Of a stretch of 64,000 nt of DNA, positions 10,521-19,584 are shown in pieces. Positions within the stretch are counted from its first letter, which is position 1. Every line of letters starts with the position of its first letter. The notes under the pieces are model-generated. The model was not told the origin of the DNA and did not search any database. It saw only the letters and a list, made by a program, of their open reading frames with translations. Origin of the DNA: Pseudomonadota bacterium (GTDB lineage Bacteria; Pseudomonadota; Alphaproteobacteria; Sphingomonadales; Sphingomonadaceae). The stretch is taken from NCBI GenBank assembly GCA_039039885.1, contig JBCCPG010000007.1, positions 34,065-98,064 of the forward strand, written 5' to 3'. A program made the position numbers and the translations under genes.

Positions 10521-11789
10521 TTACGCGCCAGCAAGCTCATGACTGACCGCCGCCGCGAGATCAGACATGAAGGGATAGGTTTCTTCGCGCAGAAAGTCCG
10601 GACTGCGCTCAGTTGATGGGGGTTCAGCCGCCGCGCGGCAGGCGTCGGCGATACCGCTGGCAAGAGCGTCTGCAGCGATGGAACGCAATGAGATCAAGTT
10701 CGGATTATATCCTACCAGATCTTTGCCGGTGTAGGTGTTAGTGACCGTCCGCAGCCCGAAATGCGCCATCTCAAGTGGCGGATAGCTGGGGTGAGGGGAG
10801 GCCATCAGACTGACACCGACAGAGCTTTCTAAAAGCAGCCCGGCATAATCTTCTAGCGACAGCTTTCCGAGCGAGCGCACTTGCCGCCCCGCTCCGATAT
10901 CGACGGGCGCATGCGGTGTGCCGGCGGAAACCACGTCCCAGTCCGCAAATTCGGGATAGGCGGCGGTCCACCGCTTCAGTCCTCGGACCAGAGCTGGGAA
11001 GCAATTGCGATTTACCGTCGGGCGCCCATAGATTAGTATCTGCTTCTTGCGAGGGGCACCGGCGACCTGATCCAGAAACGGGCGCAGTTTCTCATTTATA
11101 ACGGGCTCAAACACCCAGCCACGCTCGACCGAATGATCCTGCCGCTCAAAATAGCCCTTCAGACTTGAGCTATTGAACACACCCCAAAGGCGCTCTGGCG
11201 TGTCGTAAGCCTCACGTGCCAACATATGTCCCGAAGAGAACGGGAAGATAACGGGTTCATACTCTTGTATGAGGTATAGGAGCGGCTTGCGCTCAGCTTT
11301 GAAGTGATCGGCTTGCGCATCCAAAAGGCGTTCGATGTTGAGGGTGGTCCACCAATTGTAAGTGACGAATAGCTCATCTTTGCGGACTGCAATCGACTGG
11401 CTGGGGGTCGCGACCCTCTCGACGCTCACTTTATCCTTGGCAAATCCGGCACGGCCCGCGCGGCTGGTGAAGATATCGGAGCTTGTGGACTGATCGTGAT
11501 CTGTCAAGATCAGTCGCAAGTCTAACTCGCTTGTCCCCTGCACGGTTTTGGCCAGATTGAGAAAGATGTCGATCCCAGTCGTGACGCCGCCGAAAGCCTC
11601 GCGATTGCTTAGGTTTGGGATGACGAAGGACAGGCGCGCATTTGAGCCGAAATCAGCGGCAAATTCGTATTCGGCCAACACCGCATTGTCGATTGGAAGC
11701 GGCGCGACGGAGGATCTTACGCTTTGGACCAGGTCTTTGGCCCAGACCGGGGCAATCTGTCGCAACCATTGGCGGGGACTCTTGCTCAT
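10521..11789 (-). CDS. WsaF-like (rhamnosyl) glycosyltransferase
   Basis: FGGVTT, YLIQEYEP.F, YGRP...RN.F, SLMASPHPSYPPLEMA; ATGA overlap with the upstream methyltransferase stop. Confidence 0.8.
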   Translation of the reverse strand: MSKSPRQWLRQIAPVWAKDLVQSVRSSVAPLPIDNAVLAEYEFAADFGSNARLSFVIPNLSNREAFGGVTTGIDIFLNLAKTVQGTSELDLRLILTDHDQSTSSDIFTSRAGRAGFAKDKVSVERVATPSQSIAVRKDELFVTYNWWTTLNIERLLDAQADHFKAERKPLLYLIQEYEPVIFPFSSGHMLAREAYDTPERLWGVFNSSSLKGYFERQDHSVERGWVFEPVINEKLRPFLDQVAGAPRKKQILIYGRPTVNRNCFPALVRGLKRWTAAYPEFADWDVVSAGTPHAPVDIGAGRQVRSLGKLSLEDYAGLLLESSVGVSLMASPHPSYPPLEMAHFGLRTVTNTYTGKDLVGYNPNLISLRSIAADALASGIADACRAAAEPPSTERSPDFLREETYPFMSDLAAAVSHELAGA

Positions 11790-12787
11790 TTGCGGCACAG
11801 ATAGGTTAGAAATTCAGCATTCTGCAGGTCTTCAGGCGGAGCATTCTCGACCGCCTTTTTTGTCCCTTCGCCTTGGTTACCGGGCATCGCATCGAAAGAA
11901 GCGCGCCACATCCAGTCTCGCGTTCGTTTGCGCACATGCTGCGCGACGATCGAAAATCCGGCCTTTCGAAGAGCATGCTCCAAAGCGGTGCGGCTCGGCA
12001 ATGAGAAGTGCCGTGGCGCCTCAAGACCTCGCCAATAGGAGCCAAAGACATCCAACCCGGTTGCCCGAGCATTCGGAACTTCGATGAAGAAGGTCCCACC
12101 TGGCTTTGTCCAGGCGTTCAGGCGCGCCAACAGACCGATCGGGTCCGGTACATGCTCAATGACATGGGACAAGGTGATGTGGTCGAAGTGTTCATCCCAG
12201 TCTTGGCCATCGACTTCATCGGCAGAGACTGTGTCAATTCCAAGGTTTTGCAACGAAGCCAGCGCCTTAGCATCGAAATCGACGGCGCTGACGTGGTGCC
12301 CCAAGTCACGCATGCGCAGCAGATATTCGCCGCTTCCGCAGCCATAGTCGAGGATATTGGCAGGCTTTGCGGGGCTGAAACGATAGTGGATGTCAGTCTG
12401 CGAGCGGTTCGGGGTCAGCATCGCATAGATCGCGCTGCCGATCGTGTCTTCGATGCGCGGGCTGCTACTGAATTGCTTGCGGATATAGGCTTGTTTTAGC
12501 CGCCCCTTGATCCCAGCGGGGGCCGCCGCGTCCGGTGTTTCATGCGTGTAATAGCTCGAGTAGGCGGCGGCCAATCGCTGACCGAATGGCCGCTGCGATA
12601 GCCAAAGACTGTCGCAATCATGACAGCGATTGAAAGTGAACGCCCCAGCGTCACACCCGAAGAAGTGGTCGCGCGCTTCGCTAACCTCTTTGGAGGCGTG
12701 AGCCGATCCGCAGAACAAACAGGCTGAAACAGACTCGAGCCCATCTTCGCCTGGGATGCTGCCAGAAGCTGTGCTCGCATTGTCCAA
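11786..12787 (-). CDS. Class I SAM-dependent methyltransferase with N-terminal Zn-ribbon
   Basis: CLFC...CHDC; ILDYGCGSG; HVIEHVPDP; PRH motif. Confidence 0.88.
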   Translation of the reverse strand: MDNASTASGSIPGEDGLESVSACLFCGSAHASKEVSEARDHFFGCDAGAFTFNRCHDCDSLWLSQRPFGQRLAAAYSSYYTHETPDAAAPAGIKGRLKQAYIRKQFSSSPRIEDTIGSAIYAMLTPNRSQTDIHYRFSPAKPANILDYGCGSGEYLLRMRDLGHHVSAVDFDAKALASLQNLGIDTVSADEVDGQDWDEHFDHITLSHVIEHVPDPIGLLARLNAWTKPGGTFFIEVPNARATGLDVFGSYWRGLEAPRHFSLPSRTALEHALRKAGFSIVAQHVRKRTRDWMWRASFDAMPGNQGEGTKKAVENAPPEDLQNAEFLTYLCRK

Positions 12788-12993
12788 GATTGAGCGGTCC
12801 TTCTGGCAATTTTGCCCCCCTGACGATAGGGATGCCTGTGAAGATTGCCTTGCGTCTCTTTAATACACCGAGCCATTCGTCTAGGCGAACATCTCGCAGT
12901 TGAGAAGAGCCTGCGCGCAGAATTTGAGACCCCATGTTGCTTGAAAAGCAAAGCTAGACCCTTGGCAATTTTCCACCTTTCTTCGGATCGCCA

Positions 12994-14505
12994 ATGCGAC
13001 TGCTGAAGAACAGCATCTACGGCATGTTCGGCGTCGCGGTGCCGATCATTGTCAGTCTTGTGAGCGTGCCGATTTTCGTCAGCACGATTGGGCTAGAACG
13101 TTATGGCGTATTAGTCATCGCGTGGGTCTTGTTGGGCTATTTTGGCCAAGCTGATTTCGGCATAGGGCGGGCAATCACTCAAAGAGTATCATCGAGAATT
13201 GACCAGCCGCGCGCGGCATTGGCGCAGTCTGTCGTCTCCGCCTTCGCCAGCAGCCTCGGCTTTAGCATGATCGCCGGCGTGCTGATTTACCTCTCGGCTA
13301 GCTATTTCTTCTCGGGTCCGTTTCAGATCGATGAGGCGCTCCGCAAAGAGATGATGGGCGCGCTTTGGGCTCTAGGCCTGTGCGTGCCGGTCGTCGCAAT
13401 GAGCGGCGTCGCGGCGGGCGCGCTAATGGGCTTGGAGAAGTTCAAACTGTCATCAGCTGGCACCATGATAGGCAGCTCCGCGGTGCAAATATTGCCGCTG
13501 CTTTATGCCCTGTTCGTCGACACTCACATGGCTTCTCTTGTTGTTTGCTCCTTGGCGGGACGGCTTCTTGGCTTTGCAATCCTGGGGGGCGGAGTTTGGC
13601 ACGCATTCTTTAGAAGTGCCTGGCAGACGCCGTCTCTCAGAGAGATGAAGGCACTCACATCATTTGGCCTTTGGGTGATGGTTTCTGCTCTCGTGGGCCC
13701 GTTGATGCTTGTGGGTGATCGGTTCGTCATTGGCAGTCTATCGGGAGCGGTTGCCGTTGCCGCCTATTCCATACCCTACGCCTTAGCCGTACGAACTCAG
13801 GTCTTTCCCATTGCAATCGTCCAAGCGTTGTTTCCCCGCTTCGCTTCTGAAACCGCAGAGGCTTCCCTTAGGCGTTCAGAGGATTTCACCATTTTCATCG
13901 GGCAGCTATTTGCGCCGGTGGTGATTGGTCTGATCGCTGTTTCTGGCCCATTTCTGCATTTGTGGCTTGGTGAGAATCTTGATTTGAGGTCCATCCCGAT
14001 CGCAACAGTTTTGTTTGCATCAATTTGGATAAACACTGTCGCGAATGTGCCATATGCGATGATCCAAGCGGCTGGCTACCCCCGGTTTACGGCTTTGCTC
14101 CATGTCGCTGAGCTTCCCGTCTACATTGGCTTGCTCTTCGTTCTCGGCATGAATTTTGGGCTCGTAGGGTTTGCGATAGCTTTCGGATTGCGGTGCCTAA
14201 TCGACTTTGTTGCCTTGTTCATCCGCTCTGGAATCAGACGCGGCCCAGTCATAACGGCTTTGTTGCCTCAGGCTATTCTGATTGTGCTTGCAGTTGGTGT
14301 CATGAGTTCGGTGTCCTCATGGCTCTTAGGAATAGGTCTGGGTGCGGCTATCGCTCTAATTTCATGTGCTTTTGCACTCCTTCAGATTCCCGCGTCAGTC
14401 CTGGACCGTTTGCGGGCTGTGCCCGTTCTTTCGTCGATAATGGCTGTCTTGAAGCCGTTACCAATTGCGCCGCCTGACTCGCATGATCACCGACGACCCT
14501 CATGA
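12994..14505 (+). CDS. wzx: Polysaccharide flippase (Wzx)
   Basis: About 12-14 TMs; DFGIGRA, GDRFVIG, ALFPRF; located in a polysaccharide locus. Confidence 0.88.
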   Translation: MRLLKNSIYGMFGVAVPIIVSLVSVPIFVSTIGLERYGVLVIAWVLLGYFGQADFGIGRAITQRVSSRIDQPRAALAQSVVSAFASSLGFSMIAGVLIYLSASYFFSGPFQIDEALRKEMMGALWALGLCVPVVAMSGVAAGALMGLEKFKLSSAGTMIGSSAVQILPLLYALFVDTHMASLVVCSLAGRLLGFAILGGGVWHAFFRSAWQTPSLREMKALTSFGLWVMVSALVGPLMLVGDRFVIGSLSGAVAVAAYSIPYALAVRTQVFPIAIVQALFPRFASETAEASLRRSEDFTIFIGQLFAPVVIGLIAVSGPFLHLWLGENLDLRSIPIATVLFASIWINTVANVPYAMIQAAGYPRFTALLHVAELPVYIGLLFVLGMNFGLVGFAIAFGLRCLIDFVALFIRSGIRRGPVITALLPQAILIVLAVGVMSSVSSWLLGIGLGAAIALISCAFALLQIPASVLDRLRAVPVLSSIMAVLKPLPIAPPDSHDHRRPS

Positions 14506-14603
14506 TCGCGCCCTATTGCACGCTTGTAGAGTTGCCCGTATTGCCAAGGTTCTCTCTGGCCTGAAATATAGGTCAGTTCTTTGGCTTAGTTGGGAAGACT
14601 GTT

Positions 14604-16028
14604 TTGGCGACCACTGCAGGTCCTGATTTAGGCAGACCGCCACGGTCGATGCCGAAGCGGATGGCTTGGCTCGACCGCGATCGGGCTATTCAAACCGCGC
14701 CAGTCGTTGCGCTGTTCTGCACCTTCTTCCTTCTTCCGCCAGAAGTGTCCATCTCCCTCGCAGGAGTATGGCTGCCAGCCTATCGCATCGCCTTGCTCAT
14801 CGGCCTTGTTTTCGCATTTGTACGTCTCGCTAAGGCAGGCGGTCAGTATTTTTCAGTGCCAGATGCCCTGATCGCGATTGTAGCAGTGTGGATTCTGACC
14901 TCTTTTTCGCTGATCTATGGCTTTGGGGATGGGATATTGCGAGGCGGAGCTACGGTTCTGGACATAATTGGCAGCTATTTGCTGGCAAGGCTGTGCATCC
15001 GCGACTTTAGCGATTTCCGCTATTTCTTGATGCTCGTCCTGCCCGGCTTGGCTTTGGGCGGAGGCATCATGGCCTTGGAAAGCCTGTCCGGCAACCTCCT
15101 GCTACGCCCGACCGCTGCAGCGATTTTCGGTAATGTCGCTGCCTATTCGGGCGGTGATGCCACTGGACAAATTGTGTTGCGAGAAGAGGTTCGACTGGGA
15201 CTGTTGAGAGCTTACGGAGCGTTTTCACATCCGATCCTTGGTGGACTGATCTTGGGGATTTTTCTTCCGCTCTTCTATTTCAGCGGAATTCGCGGTTGGC
15301 CCTGGTTCGCCGGGACAGGTGCTGCACTCGCAGCGGTGTTCTCCCTCAGCTCCGCTGCCTTGTTGGGTCTCGTGATTGGACTTGGCGCAATTGGAATGGA
15401 TTTTGTCAAACGCCGAATAGTCCCGCAGCTGTCGTGGTGGACTATGCTGTTCATGCTTGGCTTGCTGCTTTTCTCGCTTCACATGGCTTCCAAGAATGGA
15501 TTGGTGGCAGTTCTTTCTCGTTTGACGCTCGTTCCCCACACCGCGAGTTATCGGCTGCTTATCTGGGAGCATGGCTCCAAGACTGTGCGCGAGCATCCTT
15601 GGTTTGGGATTGGCTATCAGCAGTGGGACCGCTTGGCATGGATGGGCGAAAGCGTAGACGCGCATTTCCTTTTGCTGGCGATGAGGCATGGCTTGATCGT
15701 GCCGATCCTCATCATTGCTGCAGCCTTGTATGCAATGCTTCGCCTCGGGGTATTTGTGCCGCGTCTCAAACCGATTGATGCTCGCCAGGTGTTAGGAGTG
15801 AACATTGCGTTGGCGATCCTGCTAGTGGCAGGTCAGACAGTTGCCTTTTTTGGCGCGTCCAACCTCGTCTTTATGAGCCTAATCGGGTTCGCCGCAAGCT
15901 TGGCGAGCGTGGCAGGCCGGCCTGCGTATGCAACTACTCCAATCGCACCAAAAGGCAGCCGTCCATTGGCTATGCGCCGTGGTCAGGCTCATTTGCCCCC
16001 GGCACGGAGCCATCGGAGCGCTGGCTGA
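14604..16028 (+). CDS. Wzy polymerase / O-antigen-ligase-family membrane protein
   Basis: Multi-TM; RAYGAFSHPI, R..IW, HPWFGIG, S.D..FL motifs; start uncertain (TTG 14604 or ATG 14649). Confidence 0.8.
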   Translation: MATTAGPDLGRPPRSMPKRMAWLDRDRAIQTAPVVALFCTFFLLPPEVSISLAGVWLPAYRIALLIGLVFAFVRLAKAGGQYFSVPDALIAIVAVWILTSFSLIYGFGDGILRGGATVLDIIGSYLLARLCIRDFSDFRYFLMLVLPGLALGGGIMALESLSGNLLLRPTAAAIFGNVAAYSGGDATGQIVLREEVRLGLLRAYGAFSHPILGGLILGIFLPLFYFSGIRGWPWFAGTGAALAAVFSLSSAALLGLVIGLGAIGMDFVKRRIVPQLSWWTMLFMLGLLLFSLHMASKNGLVAVLSRLTLVPHTASYRLLIWEHGSKTVREHPWFGIGYQQWDRLAWMGESVDAHFLLLAMRHGLIVPILIIAAALYAMLRLGVFVPRLKPIDARQVLGVNIALAILLVAGQTVAFFGASNLVFMSLIGFAASLASVAGRPAYATTPIAPKGSRPLAMRRGQAHLPPARSHRSAG

Positions 16029-16062
16029 CACTTTGCGGGGTCAGATCCGAGATAGATCCTGA

Positions 16063-18105
16063 TCATTGGGAAGGCCATTGGAGCCCATAGGGCCCTGTGC
16101 CAGGCCTTGAAGGATCCCAGTTTCGGCCTTCGCTATCTCGTCGCAAGTCAACGTCTGGGAATTGGTCTTCCAACTCGGCGATAAAGCTTGCGACGTCTTC
16201 GCCATCTCTGGTCTTGAGGATCGAGTTGGTCGTGGCCCGGAAATCTGATGCAGCTACGTTCACTTGCAGGTCTTCAATCGAGGCGAGAGTTTCCGACGGA
16301 TCCGCGACAGATGTCGAATTGGTCAGCACATTGCCTTTGCGGGTCAATGAGCCTCCGGTGTTGATAATTGCCGGCGTGACACAGTTGTAGATGTCCCAAC
16401 TCATAATATCTCGACCGACGGTGATCGCACCATTATCCTCGGAGCCTACCCGATCAGGCATATGCGGAACCCAGCAGTTAATCAGGTGACCCCCACCTTC
16501 AGGCGTCGGAAGAATCTCGCCTGAGATGTTTTGATCCACATAAGCGCGGCTGTCTGAGCCGGGAGTGAAAGTGCAATGTAGAAAATAGAGGCGCGAGCTG
16601 CTCTGGTTCGTACCGTATCCTTCGTAGGCGCGCGATGCATGAGTGACGCCCCCTTGGAAATTCTGGCACACGACCATATCGCACCGCTGATAGAAATTGA
16701 TCAGATTGGCATGGCCGCCGCCCGACGTTCTGATCGACTTACAATCCTGCATCACGGCATATTGTATGCCGAACATCCTAAATCCGGTCTGCGAAAGGTC
16801 AGCAGCCAGACAACGGCGGATGCGATAATCCATTAAGGGGTTAGAGCTGCCGGGGACGGTCGATAGCCCAAAGCCGATGCCGTCCGAAAAGGTCACATCT
16901 TCGACGATTGTAGCTTGTTCCGCGAACTTTAGACGCAAGCCCGACCCAGCGGCGTAAAGGCTGAAGCGGCACTGCCTAATGGCGCTGGTGTTTCCAGTCA
17001 GGTTTAGATTTCCGTCAATTCCAAATGCTTGGTCACGAAGGCCACCTCCAGCGAACATCTCAAAGTTCACACCCTCCAGCACAAGGTGGCAATTCGAGAT
17101 CGCGCGATAAATTCGCATGCCTTCGCTGCGGACTGCGAGTTCCATCTTGGATGCTAGGTTGGCTGGATCGCTTGGCCAAACAAAGAACGTCACAGTGCCG
17201 TCGGCATTGTCTTGATAGCCCCATTCGCCACTCTTGATAGTGGGCAAAACGTTGAGCAACGCATAGGCGCCGTTCGTTCCACCACCGGCCGGACGAAAGT
17301 TCGCGGTTTCTAATTGGAGGACCTGCCCGGCTGCACTGGTGACTTCCATGAAGCGGGCTTCATTAGGGAAGGCATGAAGCACCGCAACGGTCTGCGAAAG
17401 CTGCGCATCTGTATAGCTCGACAGGACAGAAGGGTTCTGGATCGTATTGTACCAAATACCGCTGCGCAGTCCGAAGGCGAGGTCGGCACCTTCCGGTGTG
17501 TCGTCGCCAGCGATGGTCTGATCAATATTGTCGGCAAAGAAGTCGGGCGTTGTGCGGCCAGGCCGACGGATCCCGCAGATTGTCAGTGGGGCACCATTTT
17601 CGCTCAGCAGCGTGCGCCAGTATTTGGGAGCGGTAAAGTCAGCCGTTTGTACTGTCGTTTTGAAGATACTGGGCCAATTGGCTCCAACGACATCGCTATC
17701 GCTCGCTGTACACGGAACCCAGCCCGATAGGATTTCTGCGCCAGAAATGACGGGCCTGTCGGTGCCAAAACCTTTGATCGCGAGAGAGTTAAGAGCAGGA
17801 TTGGTCCAAATGAAGTCTTGTCCCTCTCGATATCTGACCCCGTCTCCGACAAGGCGCATTACCTGATCACCGCCGGCGGCGTTCGCGGCAGCGAGACCGC
17901 CTGCCAATGTGGCCTTGGCCGTAGCCAGCGTCAGTCCATCTGCGCTGTCATCACCCGCGATTGCGTCGACAAAAACGGTGCCGTCGGTTCCTGCATCATA
18001 TCCCTGTTGCTGACCAAACCTCATACCAGTGCCAGCCATTTGGGTCACGCCGCCGATAACAGAGCGCCGACGCGAAAGGCCAAACCCATGACGCAGACCG
18101 GCCAT
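16063..18105 (-). CDS. Right-handed parallel beta-helix (pectin-lyase-fold) protein; candidate GTA head-spike fibre
   Basis: VFVDAIAGDDSADGLT..TAKATL cap motif, RPVISGAE, beta-helix-like repeats; short MAGLRHGFGL N-terminus; start shares base 18105 with the stop of the spike-base gene. Confidence 0.7.
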   Translation of the reverse strand: MAGLRHGFGLSRRRSVIGGVTQMAGTGMRFGQQQGYDAGTDGTVFVDAIAGDDSADGLTLATAKATLAGGLAAANAAGGDQVMRLVGDGVRYREGQDFIWTNPALNSLAIKGFGTDRPVISGAEILSGWVPCTASDSDVVGANWPSIFKTTVQTADFTAPKYWRTLLSENGAPLTICGIRRPGRTTPDFFADNIDQTIAGDDTPEGADLAFGLRSGIWYNTIQNPSVLSSYTDAQLSQTVAVLHAFPNEARFMEVTSAAGQVLQLETANFRPAGGGTNGAYALLNVLPTIKSGEWGYQDNADGTVTFFVWPSDPANLASKMELAVRSEGMRIYRAISNCHLVLEGVNFEMFAGGGLRDQAFGIDGNLNLTGNTSAIRQCRFSLYAAGSGLRLKFAEQATIVEDVTFSDGIGFGLSTVPGSSNPLMDYRIRRCLAADLSQTGFRMFGIQYAVMQDCKSIRTSGGGHANLINFYQRCDMVVCQNFQGGVTHASRAYEGYGTNQSSSRLYFLHCTFTPGSDSRAYVDQNISGEILPTPEGGGHLINCWVPHMPDRVGSEDNGAITVGRDIMSWDIYNCVTPAIINTGGSLTRKGNVLTNSTSVADPSETLASIEDLQVNVAASDFRATTNSILKTRDGEDVASFIAELEDQFPDVDLRRDSEGRNWDPSRPGTGPYGLQWPSQ

Positions 18106-18374
18106 TATGCCAGCCCCACAATGTCCGAAGCTGTCGTACTCGTGGCACGAACAAAGGCGGCGCGCACGTCCAGAATTGTGCCGCTCGGGACATTAGCGAA
18201 GGTCACATCCAGCTCGCTATCGATCAGACGCAACACAAGATTACCGCCGGTTCCCACATAGATTGCCTTTGTGACCTTGGTGATTTCCGCTGTATCTGAC
18301 GGAATAATCGAGAAGCAATCGCGTGACGACGCGATCAAACTGTCTGAGGTGTTGCTGAAACTGTCCTGTGGCAT
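18105..18374 (-). CDS. Spike base protein, RCAP_Rcc01079 (GhsA) family
   Basis: 89 aa; D.F.....SL.....FSI.PSD......TKAIYVGTGGNL......VTFANVPSG.IL.VR...VRAT.TTA.DIV.L pattern recalled for this family; AAGGAG RBS upstream. Confidence 0.82.
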   Translation of the reverse strand: MPQDSFSNTSDSLIASSRDCFSIIPSDTAEITKVTKAIYVGTGGNLVLRLIDSELDVTFANVPSGTILDVRAAFVRATSTTASDIVGLA

Positions 18375-18565
18375 CCTTGACTCCTTTGGAACAAAAGAAG
18401 AACAGAGTCCTAGCGATCACAATGCGTGTAGGAAAATAGAAACTGCATAAACCGATACAAAGACATATAAGTATCTGTTAAAAATAGATTTTTTATATGG
18501 CTCTTTACGCTCTACTTTCGCGTTGGCAATACCGTGTCAATCTCGAAAATCCGGATGGGCCATAG

Positions 18566-19534
18566 ATGTCTGACTCGCTTGAGCACGCTGAAATTCTGAC
18601 TGTAATCGTAGTGAGTTACAACACACGTGACCTGACTCTAAAGGCGTTGGAGACACTGATTCAGAATGCGGGAGACGTCACTATGCAAATCATTGTGTGG
18701 GACAACGATTCGCATGATGGCTCTCCCGATGCGATCGCTGAGCAGTTTCACGAAGTTAGGCTTATTCGCAGTTCCGAGAATATCGGATTTGCGGCTGCTA
18801 ACAATCGGGCTGCAGAGTTGGCGGACACTGAGTGGCTACTGCTTTTGAATCCAGACACTGAAACACATCCCAATGCGATCGAAAACCTCCTTAAATTTGC
18901 GCGGGCGAACCCCAAGGCCGGCATCGTAGGAGGGCGGACTGTATTTCCGGACGGGGCGCTAAATCCCGCTTCCTGCTGGAACCGAATGAGCCTCTGGAGC
19001 CTGTTTTGCAACGCGTCAGGATTACGCAGCCTAATGCCCAACACATCGCTGTTTAATCCCGAAGGAATCGGTGGTTGGTCACGCGACAGCGTACGGCAAG
19101 TCGATATCGTGGTTGGTTGCTTTTTGATGATACACACCAAGCTCTGGCGACAGCTCGGCGGCTTCAACACAAAGTACTTCATGTATGGCGAAGAAAGCGA
19201 TCTTTGCCTGAGAGCCGCGGCGTTGGGCTATCGCCCGATGATCACTCCAGATGCTCAGATCATGCACCTGGTGGGCGCTTCAACACCCAAGCTTTCGAGC
19301 AAGGTGGTGAATCTGATGAAAGCAAAGGCGACCCTTATCAGGGATCATTGGCGGCCGGCGACGCGTCCATTGGGTATCGCATTGCTGTGGCTCTGGGTTG
19401 TTAATCACCGCTTTGCCAGTGTGGCATTGCGGCGTATCAAAGGTTCAAACGATGCGAGTAACCGTTGGGACACTTTGTGGGAGGAGCGTCGTAACTGGTT
19501 GTCGGGTTACAGCTCAGACGCGACTCGAGGTTAA
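18566..19534 (+). CDS. GT2 glycosyltransferase
   Basis: VIVVSYNT, DNDSHDGS, NIGFAAANN, LLNPDT, FMYGEESDLC. Confidence 0.92.
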   Translation: MSDSLEHAEILTVIVVSYNTRDLTLKALETLIQNAGDVTMQIIVWDNDSHDGSPDAIAEQFHEVRLIRSSENIGFAAANNRAAELADTEWLLLLNPDTETHPNAIENLLKFARANPKAGIVGGRTVFPDGALNPASCWNRMSLWSLFCNASGLRSLMPNTSLFNPEGIGGWSRDSVRQVDIVVGCFLMIHTKLWRQLGGFNTKYFMYGEESDLCLRAAALGYRPMITPDAQIMHLVGASTPKLSSKVVNLMKAKATLIRDHWRPATRPLGIALLWLWVVNHRFASVALRRIKGSNDASNRWDTLWEERRNWLSGYSSDATRG

Positions 19535-19584
19535 GCCGCGACCCAACTTTCGCCGTCGGCATCTACTGGCCCCTAAAGAACTGA

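Noticed and set aside
18040-18105. Twin-arginine (Tat) signal in the beta-helix protein (LSRRRSVIGG)
   Set aside because: No convincing hydrophobic h-region or cleavage site follows; kept only as an alternative hypothesis
16063-18374. Prophage remnant
   Set aside because: No integrase, terminase, capsid, tail genes, att-like repeats or decayed ORFs nearby; both genes are intact and coupled
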